This document shows positions 54,670-63,934 of a DNA stretch of 64,000 nt, one piece after another. Position 1 is the first letter of the stretch; each line of letters opens with the position of its first letter. The DNA comes from Promethearchaeota archaeon (GTDB lineage: Archaea > Asgardarchaeota > Lokiarchaeia > Sigyniarchaeales > SOKP01). The notes beneath the pieces are model-generated. The model saw only the letters and a list, made by a program, of their open reading frames with translations. It searched no databases and had not been told where the DNA came from. The stretch spans positions 302 through 64,301 of the forward strand of contig JAHLWH010000192.1 in the NCBI GenBank assembly GCA_019058015.1, given 5' to 3'. Both the position numbers and the translations under genes were made by a program.

Positions 54670-55854
54670 ATGGTTGATGAATTAGATATTTTAACAAAAA
54701 AATTAGAGGATAGAAATATTAAAATTGAAACGGTTTTTCAAAAATTAGATAATTTCAAGATTGCAACGCCTTCTTGGGGTTATTCAGAAGGAGGAACCAG
54801 ATTTCATATATTTCGGGATAAATTTGCAGCAAGAGATTTAATGGAGAGGTTAGATGATGCAGCGCAGGTGAATAAATTTACAGGGATTGCACCAGAGGTT
54901 GCAATTCATATACCATGGGATAAAGTTGATACATTCAATGAGATTGCCGACTATACTCAAAATTTAGGATTAAAAATAACTGCAATAAATCCAAACTTAT
55001 TTCAAGAAGAAGAATATAAATTGGGAAGTATAACTAATTCTAAACCAGAGATTAGAAAGAAGGCAATTGGTCATATCATGGAATGTATTGATATTGGTCG
55101 AATTTTAAGGGCGTCTTATCTAAGTCTTTGGTTCGCCGATGGAACAAATTTTCCCGGTCAGGGAGATTTCATAAAAAGAAAAAAATGGATGTTACACTCA
55201 CTTCGAGAGATTTATTCAGCAATGCCTGATTTTATGAGCATGTTATTAGAATATAAATTTTTTGAGCCTGCATTTTATCACACGGATTTACCAGATTGGG
55301 GGCAATCCTATATATTTTGTAAGAATCTGGGAGAAAAAGCAAAGGTTTTAGTGGATTTGGGGCACCATCCTCAAGGAACAAATATTGAATTCATTGTTGC
55401 AAATCTAATAGATGAAGATATATTAGGAGGATTTCACTTAAATTGTAGAAAATATGGTGATGACGATTTAACAACAGGTTCATTGAATATATATGAATTA
55501 TTTCTAATTTTTCATGAATTAATTAAAGGGAATGCTGATGATTACAGAAAGACTGCATTTATGTTGGATCAAAGTCATAATATTAAACCAAAAATCGAAG
55601 CAATGATTCAATCAGTAATTTCTACACAAGAAATTTATACTAAAGCTCTTACAATTGATAATGAATGTTTAGAAGAAGCCCAGGAAAATCAAGATATTAT
55701 CAGAGCAGAATCATGTTTAAAAGAAGCATTTTTTACAGATGTCAGTTCAATATTGCTTAAATTTAGAGAGGATAAAAACATACCTAGAAATCCACTTAAA
55801 ATGTTCATAAATTCTGGATATAAAGCTCAAATATCAAAAAAACGAAATAGATAA
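54670..55854 (+). CDS. L-rhamnose isomerase (Pseudomonas stutzeri-type TIM-barrel sugar isomerase)
   Basis: 'ATPSWGYSEGGTRF', 'IHIPWDK', 'GTNFPGQ', 'YKFFEPAFY', 'VDLGHHPQGTNIE', 'KYGDDDLTTGS' and 'LDQSHN' parallel the P. stutzeri L-RhI sequence as I recall it. Confidence 0.8.
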   Translation: MVDELDILTKKLEDRNIKIETVFQKLDNFKIATPSWGYSEGGTRFHIFRDKFAARDLMERLDDAAQVNKFTGIAPEVAIHIPWDKVDTFNEIADYTQNLGLKITAINPNLFQEEEYKLGSITNSKPEIRKKAIGHIMECIDIGRILRASYLSLWFADGTNFPGQGDFIKRKKWMLHSLREIYSAMPDFMSMLLEYKFFEPAFYHTDLPDWGQSYIFCKNLGEKAKVLVDLGHHPQGTNIEFIVANLIDEDILGGFHLNCRKYGDDDLTTGSLNIYELFLIFHELIKGNADDYRKTAFMLDQSHNIKPKIEAMIQSVISTQEIYTKALTIDNECLEEAQENQDIIRAESCLKEAFFTDVSSILLKFREDKNIPRNPLKMFINSGYKAQISKKRNR

Positions 55855-56049
55855 AAAAAGAGAATAAAATTTATTGTTGAATTAATAAAAAAATATATTC
55901 TACCTATTTAATTTCACAATTTTTTCTTATTTGATATATATTATTTTTAAAATTTTATTTTTTTATTTATGAAACTGAAAATTTTTATATAGAATGTTAA
56001 TTTTATTTCCCATAGTATAAGAAGGTTTATCAAAAAATAACATATAAAA

Positions 56050-56499
56050 ATGGAAGTTGTTAAAAAAATGGACCCAATTGATATAAAAATTTTAGAAGAA
56101 TTAAAAGATAATTCTAGAATGTCATTTAATGAAATTGCGGAAAGTGTTGGTAGAACTGAGGCAACTGTTCGAAGAAGAGTTAATCACTTGAAAGAGGCTG
56201 GAGTAATAAAAAGGTTTACAATTGTATATGAAGCAGATAGTAAACCCAAAATAAAGGCAACTGTAAAAATTGAGCCAGATTTTAAGAGGATAAAAGAGAT
56301 TTGTGCAGCACTCTCAAAAATTGAAGAAGTTACTGATATCTGGCGCCTAAGTGGAGATTGTGGTATCTTTTTAAAAGTTGAAATTGATTCCATAGAGAAA
56401 TTTAATCCATTAATCGAAACAAAAATCTCACAAATTGATGGAATATCTATTAAAGAAACATGTTTTATCACACAAGAGATTAAAAGCAAATTTCTTTAA
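56050..56499 (+). CDS. Lrp/AsnC-family transcriptional regulator
   Basis: 'DPIDIKILEELKDNSRMSFNEIAESVGRTEATVRRRVNHLKEAGVIKRF' plus a C-terminal RAM-like domain. Confidence 0.85.
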   Translation: MEVVKKMDPIDIKILEELKDNSRMSFNEIAESVGRTEATVRRRVNHLKEAGVIKRFTIVYEADSKPKIKATVKIEPDFKRIKEICAALSKIEEVTDIWRLSGDCGIFLKVEIDSIEKFNPLIETKISQIDGISIKETCFITQEIKSKFL

Positions 56500-56625
56500 G
56501 ATTACTCAATATCCAACTCAATTTTTATGTCTTCTTCTTTTATTTTAATTACAGCTTGTTTTATAAAAGATAAAAATAATAAAATATTTTCTATTTTAAC
56601 AGTTAAAAATCATCTATAAATTAAA

Positions 56626-57951
56626 ATGAGCTATAAATTCACAAAAGAGGAATTATCAAAATTACTTTTTGATTATAATTCCCTTAAAGATGTGCTCCCT
56701 ACATATAAACCTTCAAAAGTATATATTTGGGATGAAACATTACGTGATGGTGAGCAATCTCCCGCAGTCTTCCTTACATTGGATGAAAAAATCCATCTTT
56801 CAAAACTTCTTGATGAAGCTGGAGTAAAATTAATAGCTGTTGGTTTTCCAGCTGTCTCTAAATCGCAAAAAGATATTGTTAGGGCACTAATGAAAGAAAA
56901 ACATGATAATGCATCAATACTAGCTATTGCAAGACCGAAGAAAGAAGATATTGATGCTTGTATCGATAGTGATGCAAAAGAAATTGTAATTTTTATGCCA
57001 ATTTCCGATTTTTTTATGAAACTTCTAAAATTGGATGAAGAGAAAGAATTGTCAATAATCGAAGAAGCGATTATTTGTGCTAAAGATCACGGTTTAAAGG
57101 TAAATTGGGTGTCTGAAGATTGTACAAGAGCAAAATTAGATCATATTTTTAATGTGTTCAACACAGCAATAGATACTGGTGCGGATCGCATTATAATAGG
57201 CGACACTGTTGGCGTATTAACTCCATATTCAACAAAATTCCTTGTCAACCAAATTATGGAAAATGTAATAAGAAAAAATAAAAATAAAGCAGATATTGGA
57301 ATACACTGTCATGATGACTTTGGATTAGCCACATGTAATACCATCGTAGGCGTATTTGAGGGTTGTGTCTATCCTCATACATGTGTAAACGGTTATGGTG
57401 AAAGAGCAGGAAATGCAGCTCTTGAAGAGGTTGTTTTAATATTGGAAAGGAATGGAATTGATACTGGTATAAAAATGGACAAATTAATGGAGTTAAGTGA
57501 AATAACGGAGAAATATTTTAACCAACCTCTCGCTTTAAATAAAGCAATTGTTGGACGTTATGCCTTTAGTCATGAAAGCGGACTTCACATCGCAGGAATA
57601 TTAGCACATCCTTTAAGTTATGAACCGATAAATCCAAAGATAATTGGAAGACGACGAAAATTTTATCTTGGAAAGGGAAGTGGGTCTCATTCAATTATCA
57701 ATGCAATTAAAGAGAAGATAAAAGTTCTTGATTTAGATATTCCTGATGAGATTATTAAAAAGATTGTAGCTGCAGTAAAAGCAGCCCATGAAGAATCAAG
57801 TAAGGAAGATGTGCAAAAAAGTTTTCAAATAATAAAGAAAGAGTTAGATAATATATCCAAGGGAGTCTCTGATAAAGATTTTTTTAAAATTGTTAACAAA
57901 TATGCCCAGCCATATGTACCTGATGAATTTAAGCCAAAAAAAAAAAATTAA
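56626..57951 (+). CDS. 2-isopropylmalate/homocitrate/citramalate synthase family (HMGL-like)
   Basis: 'IWDETLRDGEQSP', 'HCHDDFGLATCNT', 'GERAGNAALEE'. Confidence 0.85.
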   Translation: MSYKFTKEELSKLLFDYNSLKDVLPTYKPSKVYIWDETLRDGEQSPAVFLTLDEKIHLSKLLDEAGVKLIAVGFPAVSKSQKDIVRALMKEKHDNASILAIARPKKEDIDACIDSDAKEIVIFMPISDFFMKLLKLDEEKELSIIEEAIICAKDHGLKVNWVSEDCTRAKLDHIFNVFNTAIDTGADRIIIGDTVGVLTPYSTKFLVNQIMENVIRKNKNKADIGIHCHDDFGLATCNTIVGVFEGCVYPHTCVNGYGERAGNAALEEVVLILERNGIDTGIKMDKLMELSEITEKYFNQPLALNKAIVGRYAFSHESGLHIAGILAHPLSYEPINPKIIGRRRKFYLGKGSGSHSIINAIKEKIKVLDLDIPDEIIKKIVAAVKAAHEESSKEDVQKSFQIIKKELDNISKGVSDKDFFKIVNKYAQPYVPDEFKPKKKN

Positions 57952-58092
57952 AGAATAGAAATTATTATTACTTTTCTCGTTAAAAGATGGTTTTAATAAA
58001 TAATTATCATAAGAATTTTGATAAATAGTTAGAAATTTATTTGTAATTTTTTATTAAATATTTAGTATTCATTATTTTTATGAGAGATTTCA

Positions 58093-59673
58093 ATGTTTAA
58101 ACATGAAGATATAATTGCTGGAAAACTAATCGGTAAAACAACAACACATACGGTTAATCTTTTAATTGTGGATAAAAATCTAGGGCGAAACGATCATTTA
58201 GTGATTTATACTGATTCTGATAGTAAGGAAGAGAAAGATTATTATTTATTTAAGATAAGTGATATCTGGAATGATAAACAAGGATTAATGGCAACAATAA
58301 AAGTTCTTGGTCATATGCCGAAAAGACCATTTAAGATCGGAAGTGAAGTTTATCTTGCTAAAAAGGAGCAAATTATAGAAACTTTAGGGATTGATAATCC
58401 CGAAGAAGAATCATTACATTTTGGAACTCTACTTGGTTATTCTAAATATGATGTGCGTTTATTAGTAAAAAATTTTGGTAGAATTTTTATTACGGGGAAA
58501 TCTGGCTCGGGGAAATCGTATACAATGGGAGTGTTAATTGAGGAATTCCTCAAAAAAGGAATTCCTATAGTCATTTTTGATCGACATGGTGAATATTCTA
58601 GTTTAAAAATTTCTAGAGAAATTTCAGAATCTGATGAAGAAATTCCTAATGAACAGCCAGAACTTGAATATTGGGATATAAGTAAATCTTCAGAACCAAT
58701 TGAAGAATTACCAAGTGTTCCTTCAGATTCCGAAGCGGAAATTCCAATTGAGGAATTAGAAAAGGAAAAAATATCTCCTAGTGAATTTGTTGAAAAAATA
58801 ATAGAATTTGCTGATTTGAATATGAATGAGGGAGCGGATGTGGACATAAAATACATTTTTTCTTTAGAGGCAACTGATTTAGTAGCTTCAAATTTATGTA
58901 CAATTATAAATTTTAGAGGTTTACCATTGGAACTTCAAGAGGTTATTGCCAATGATATTCTTATGAAATTATATAATGCGAGCACCTCAAAACAAATTCA
59001 ACCATTTTATCTTTTTATAGATGAGGCTCATCTTTTTGCAGGTAAAAAGAAAACAGACACATCTGAAACTGTAAAACTATTTTCTCAAGAAGGAAGAAAA
59101 TTTGGTGCAAATCTCGTTATTTCTACTCAAAAACCCCAACTATTAGATGTTACGATAAGAGGTCAGGCAGGGACATGGATAATACATCAATTAACTGATA
59201 TAAGAGATGTTGATATAACTATTTCAAGTGCTGAAGATTTAGGTCCAGAATATAAAGAAGAAATTCAAAGATTAGACCCAAGTGAATGTATAATTTGTGG
59301 TGATGCCGTTAAGATCGCACCTTTATTTCTAAAAATTAGAAAACGAAAAACAGAACATGGAGGCATAGGATTTAATCCTCTCGATTTTCTTTCTAAAGAA
59401 ACTATTGAAGATTTAAAGAAGAAGAGACTTAAAATATTAGAAGCCAAATCAGAAGGTGAATTGGTAGAAGCGGAATCTCTCTTTCAAAAATATTTTGCTG
59501 GAAAAGATATACAAAAATCGGCTAAAGAAATAGCACTTTTAACAAAAAAAATAGACGAATTAGATTCTGAAGTAAAAATATGGAAAGATAAATATAAAAA
59601 ACAAAAAGAAAAGGCAAATAAGGCTACAAAATTAGCAGAAAAAGCTTTAACTGAAGCAAAGAGAAAATTATAA
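58093..59673 (+). CDS. HerA/FtsK-like (DUF87) P-loop ATPase with acidic insert and C-terminal coiled coil
   Basis: Walker A 'ITGKSGSGKSYT', Walker B 'LFIDEAHLF', 'ISTQKPQ', and an N-terminal barrel-like ~120 aa. An acidic insert 'SESDEEIPNEQPELE...' lies between the Walker motifs. Confidence 0.75.
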   Translation: MFKHEDIIAGKLIGKTTTHTVNLLIVDKNLGRNDHLVIYTDSDSKEEKDYYLFKISDIWNDKQGLMATIKVLGHMPKRPFKIGSEVYLAKKEQIIETLGIDNPEEESLHFGTLLGYSKYDVRLLVKNFGRIFITGKSGSGKSYTMGVLIEEFLKKGIPIVIFDRHGEYSSLKISREISESDEEIPNEQPELEYWDISKSSEPIEELPSVPSDSEAEIPIEELEKEKISPSEFVEKIIEFADLNMNEGADVDIKYIFSLEATDLVASNLCTIINFRGLPLELQEVIANDILMKLYNASTSKQIQPFYLFIDEAHLFAGKKKTDTSETVKLFSQEGRKFGANLVISTQKPQLLDVTIRGQAGTWIIHQLTDIRDVDITISSAEDLGPEYKEEIQRLDPSECIICGDAVKIAPLFLKIRKRKTEHGGIGFNPLDFLSKETIEDLKKKRLKILEAKSEGELVEAESLFQKYFAGKDIQKSAKEIALLTKKIDELDSEVKIWKDKYKKQKEKANKATKLAEKALTEAKRKL

Positions 59674-59695
59674 AAATTAAAATGCTCGATAAATC

Positions 59696-60994
59696 TTATT
59701 TTTTCTTAAGTAATTTTTTTAACTCATATATTTTATTGGTAGCATTTTCTAAATCATACTTTAATTTTTTCATTTGCTTATTGTAATCATTTTGTTTAAT
59801 TTTTCCGTCTCTTTTCTTTTTCTTCAAGAATTTAATTAAATTATTAACTGTTTTTACTTTACTCTCTAATCCTTCTAATTCCGCAGTTAATTCTTCCTTA
59901 GACCGTTTCTTTTTTATAGAAGGCATTCCTTTCGGTCTTGGAGGTAACGGCTTTTCAGTTGATGGTTTTTCAGGTAATTCAGTTAATTCTAAAAGTTCAT
60001 TGTCCTCTTCAACGGCTTCCGCTTCAACTTCCTTTTTTAATTTCTCAAAATCTATTCCAAGATCTGGGGGTTTTTCCAACTGTGGTGGTTGTTGAATTTT
60101 TTCTTGCATTTCTTTGATTGCCTGTAATTCAATAATTTCATCTTCTGATCCTATTACTGAATCTATTAATTTATTTACAACATCACTTAAAGCATTTAAT
60201 TCATCTAATACTGAATATAGAGTTTGTATAAGGTCACTTTTTGAGGAGATTTTAATTTCTGATTTTACAGTAATTGGTGAATACGGTTGAGAACCAACTT
60301 TTTCTTCAGCATCAGAAAACGCAGGATGTAAGCTTGAACCATATGCCAGTCCAGGTTTTTTGGTTGGAATTGTAGAAATTCCTTTTTCCTTTAATTTCAA
60401 TCGATGTTCAGAAATCAACCAATTAAATAAATTTAAAGCGAGTTTTTGATGTTGTTCATTTTCAATTCCACAGCCAATTTCATCTCTAAAGATTTCATAA
60501 CTACCAATTGCGCATACTAACCCATTATCAGCTTCTGATATAGCTATCAAAGGAACTGAGAAGGGATCCGCATCTGGATCACTCATAGCAATTGGAATAG
60601 AACCCCCAATTGTTGTAAGAGAACAACCTGCACGATAGCAAATTTCATTAATTCCTTCATTGATTGGATGAGGTGGTGTAAATGTAGAAGCCTTTGGTAA
60701 ATTTTCCATACCATAATTATTAGGTGAAAGCACTTGATCATTTTCAAATGTAATTCCAAACCGTTCAGCAAGAGCGGAAAGGTTAGTTTGACGACCCTTA
60801 TCACCTCCAGCATGATTTAATAATAATAATCCACCACCATCTTCTCTCACCCAATTCTCAATTTCATTTAATTCCTGAGGTGCAATTTTTACAAAATCAG
60901 GACAAGCAAACACCAAAATATCATAAGGTTTTAGAGATTCATGAGTAATTGGAAATTCTGAAAATTGATATGATTCAAAACCTTGAGAATCCAA
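59696..60994 (-). CDS. GATase1-like/DUF4350-like domain protein with long acidic-basic coiled-coil tail
   Basis: 'YDILVFACPD...EIENWVREDGGGLLLLNHAGGD' has the pattern of DUF4350/ThuA-like domains. The frame stays open upstream to 61084 ('TITYYIAWNESHKPRGRIDINYKTIKQL'), so the TTG start in the track probably truncates the domain. Confidence 0.5.
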   Translation of the reverse strand: MDSQGFESYQFSEFPITHESLKPYDILVFACPDFVKIAPQELNEIENWVREDGGGLLLLNHAGGDKGRQTNLSALAERFGITFENDQVLSPNNYGMENLPKASTFTPPHPINEGINEICYRAGCSLTTIGGSIPIAMSDPDADPFSVPLIAISEADNGLVCAIGSYEIFRDEIGCGIENEQHQKLALNLFNWLISEHRLKLKEKGISTIPTKKPGLAYGSSLHPAFSDAEEKVGSQPYSPITVKSEIKISSKSDLIQTLYSVLDELNALSDVVNKLIDSVIGSEDEIIELQAIKEMQEKIQQPPQLEKPPDLGIDFEKLKKEVEAEAVEEDNELLELTELPEKPSTEKPLPPRPKGMPSIKKKRSKEELTAELEGLESKVKTVNNLIKFLKKKKRDGKIKQNDYNKQMKKLKYDLENATNKIYELKKLLKKK

Positions 60995-61192
60995 GAGTTG
61001 TTTTATTGTTTTGTAATTAATATCAATTCTTCCTCGCGGCTTGTGTGATTCATTCCATGCGATATAATAAGTAATTGTTAAAAGTCACCTTTTTTCTTTA
61101 AAAATAAAAATTATATAAATAATCAATAAATCTTCTTGCTTTAATCTTTATTTTTATTTAATTTAAAATTTTATTTCATTTCGGGCGTTTAC

Positions 61193-62317
61193 TTATTTGT
61201 CATTGTTTAAAACTAGTTGGCATTTATCGCCAATCATCAAATTATCTTTAGAAAGATTATCAATTTTAACATAACTCCCGATAATTGAATTCTCTGTAAT
61301 TATTTTTGAGAGATAGGCGCCATCTTCGATTATGCAATTTTTTAAGATACATTTCTTTAATTTACAATTTTTACCAATCGAGACATATGGTCCAATAATA
61401 GAATGAGTAATTTCAGTGTTTTCTTCAATATTTACTGGCGAATTAATTACGCTATATTTGAAATTTCCATATTGTGTTGGAGATTTTTCATTTATTTGAA
61501 CCATATGCTCTAATATATAGCGGTTGCCTTTCAAAAGTTCGGTAGTTCTCCCAAAATCTAAAATACCTTTTTTCAATTCGACTGCAGCAATTTTGTAATT
61601 TTGATCTATTAAATCTTGAAGTGCTGGAGTCATATAAATTTCACCAGAAGTTTCAGATTTGTTGTCCAAATAATTTTTTATGTTGTTAAATAAAGCTTTG
61701 GTTGTTTTTCTACTAAATGCATAGATTCCTGCGATTGCCAGATCAGAGATAAATTCCTTAGGCTTCTCAACCAAATTCTTGATTATCATATTATCATCAA
61801 CAGACACAATTCCATAAGAACTAGCTTCTTCCTTTGGAACTCTCATAACAGTTATTATTCCATCCACATCTGATTCATAATATCGATATAAAATAAATGA
61901 ATACTCATCAAGTGGAATCATATCACCTAAGAAAATCAAACATCCATCCTTTTTTTCATTTATACTTTTCTTATTCAAATCATCTTCTTGAAAATTGAAC
62001 TGTTTCTTGGCAAGATAAATTGCTTCACCGAGCCCCCAATAATATGGAACATCTCCATCAAAACCTCTGGGAGTTTGTTCAATAAATGTTAAATTAAAAT
62101 CCTTTGAGTAATTTTTATTTATGTAATCAATTATTTGATCTTTCTTATAACCAACGATCAATATTAATTCGGTATCTTCATCGAATGTGTTTTTTAATTT
62201 ATCTAGAATATGATCTAAGACAGTTTTTCCTGCGACTTTGATAAAAGCCTTAGGTTTTTTGAACGTAAAAGGTCTTAAACGCGTTCCCGTGCCGGCTATT
62301 GGTCCAATAATTTTCAT
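61193..62317 (-). CDS. Sugar-phosphate nucleotidyltransferase with C-terminal left-handed beta-helix
   Basis: 'GPIAGTGTRLRPFTFKKPKAFIKVAGK' is the NTP-transferase G-loop. C-terminal hexapeptide-like repeats include 'IIGPYVSIGKNCKL' and 'IIGSYVKIDN'. Confidence 0.8.
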   Translation of the reverse strand: MKIIGPIAGTGTRLRPFTFKKPKAFIKVAGKTVLDHILDKLKNTFDEDTELILIVGYKKDQIIDYINKNYSKDFNLTFIEQTPRGFDGDVPYYWGLGEAIYLAKKQFNFQEDDLNKKSINEKKDGCLIFLGDMIPLDEYSFILYRYYESDVDGIITVMRVPKEEASSYGIVSVDDNMIIKNLVEKPKEFISDLAIAGIYAFSRKTTKALFNNIKNYLDNKSETSGEIYMTPALQDLIDQNYKIAAVELKKGILDFGRTTELLKGNRYILEHMVQINEKSPTQYGNFKYSVINSPVNIEENTEITHSIIGPYVSIGKNCKLKKCILKNCIIEDGAYLSKIITENSIIGSYVKIDNLSKDNLMIGDKCQLVLNNDK

Positions 62318-62384
62318 ATTAAAGATACAATTCTTTCTGTGCTATTTTAATAAAAAAATCTTTAAAATTTAAAACTATTTTTAT

Positions 62385-63161
62385 TCAATAAAACTCTGAT
62401 TTATCCGAATCAAAAATGCGTTGAAGAGTCCCAAATAAAATGTCTAAACCATCTTCTCTTAACGTTGTGATTGGAATTAATTCAGATGTAGAGCCTAGTT
62501 GAGAAAATACTTCGGATATTAAAAGAGATAATTCACGTATTAAACCTTTTTCTCTTTCATTGGCAGCCTCACTTAATTTTTGAAAGTCTGTGCTCCACTC
62601 AAGAACCATATCAATTAAATCATCATCTAATAAATCGATTTTAGAAAGAGCGTTAATTTGTGGGATATTTAGAAATCGATATTGAACTGAAGCAGCTAAT
62701 AACAGGGTAGATATAAACCCATTCGGTCGTTTTACCATATGTGAATCAAATAAAAAAGTTGTTGATCTCTGAACATCACCGAAACCTAAGGAACTTGCGA
62801 TAATTGGACCCACTTCCCTGAAAGCAAATAATTCTAACTGACCTGCAGTGTCAATTAAAACCCAATCAGGTTGATATTGATTTATCTCATATTTGAGATC
62901 TTCTAAATAATTTATCATTAAATCCGAGGCTAATATCATTCCTCCATTTGGACCTAAATTATATTTTCTCATAACTTCATCTAATGTGATATAATCCCTT
63001 ATATCAATCTCTGGATTAAACTTTAAATCTAACGCTCCCGGATCAAGATTAATTGCAATTACAGTTATTTCTGAATCTCTCATCGAGATGTAGTCTTTTA
63101 ACTGAGCAACCAATGTGGATTTTCCGCTTCCCGCTGGTCCGATTACATAATTAAATAACAT
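62385..63161 (-). CDS. GPN-loop GTPase
   Basis: 'VIGPAGSGKSTL', 'NLDPG', 'LGPNGGMI' (the GPN motif), 'DTAGQLELF'. Confidence 0.85.
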   Translation of the reverse strand: MLFNYVIGPAGSGKSTLVAQLKDYISMRDSEITVIAINLDPGALDLKFNPEIDIRDYITLDEVMRKYNLGPNGGMILASDLMINYLEDLKYEINQYQPDWVLIDTAGQLELFAFREVGPIIASSLGFGDVQRSTTFLFDSHMVKRPNGFISTLLLAASVQYRFLNIPQINALSKIDLLDDDLIDMVLEWSTDFQKLSEAANEREKGLIRELSLLISEVFSQLGSTSELIPITTLREDGLDILFGTLQRIFDSDKSEFY

Positions 63162-63447
63162 TAGGCTTGAAAATTGTGATTTGCTCTGTAATAAATAAAA
63201 TAATCTTTTAAAGATTATAAAATCAATTGATACGATTTGGATTTTATTTTTTACTCAATGAAAATCTATTCTATATTTAATAAATTCATTAAAAGAATGG
63301 TATTATTGGGTCGTTCTAATGCAATTAAAGAGAGTAGAGTCGAAAAATATTAGAATTATTTATGGAAAAAAATCAAAATCAAAAGAAAATTCTAAAAAAA
63401 AGCATTTATATTAGTAAAAAAACCTATTATACTTATTAGGTATAAGA

Positions 63448-63618
63448 ATGGTTTCTACAAATTTGAGAAATAAACAAACCATATTAAATGACCAAATAGG
63501 TTTGAAAATATGCGAAAAGTGTGGGAGCATATTAGTTAATCGTATATTAATATTAAAAAACGGGAGAAAACAGAGAATATTGCAGTGTATTGTCTGTAAA
63601 TATTGGTATCCCGCTTAA
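63448..63618 (+). CDS. Small zinc-ribbon protein (56 aa)
   Basis: My manual translation 'MVSTNLRNKQTILNDQIGLKICEKCGSILVNRILILKNGRKQRILQCIVCKYWYPA*' has CxxC...CxxC. It falls below the track length cut-off. Confidence 0.4.
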   Translation: MVSTNLRNKQTILNDQIGLKICEKCGSILVNRILILKNGRKQRILQCIVCKYWYPA

Positions 63619-63724
63619 ACTATTATATTTTAATTTTAAAATTTTATTTTATATTTTTTTTATATCTTTGAATGGATGATAAAAATTAATCTTGAATCCA
63701 CTGCAGTGATAAAGGATAAATAAA

Positions 63725-63827
63725 TGGGGATGATGGGATTTATTCAAAATAGCGAAGCGCCTATTTTTTTGAACCCATGATCACCAACTCTGGAGGCTGG
63801 CGCCGTACCGGGCTAGGCCACATCCCC
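63725..63827 (-). tRNA. tRNA-Trp (anticodon CCA) with 29-nt intron inside the T-loop
   Basis: Reverse complement: GGGGATG-TG-GCCT-AGCCCGGTA-CGGC-G-CCAGC-CT CCA GA-GTTGG-TGATC-ATGGG-[TTCAA...AT with 29 extra nt]-CCCAT-CATCCCC-A. Without the insert all arms have standard lengths. Confidence 0.8.
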
Positions 63828-63934
63828 TTAATTTGATAATAATAAATTATCTAAATCTAAAAAATTTTACTAAGTAAACATTTTTTTCAATGAAACATTA
63901 TCTTTAATTGTTTTTAAAAAAGTGATTAGGTTTA

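Noticed and set aside
58437-59447. Minus-strand ORFs 58437-58856 and 59265-59447 within the HerA-like gene
   Set aside because: They are antisense to a gene with Walker A/B motifs. The Ser-rich translation mirrors the acidic insert on the coding strand.
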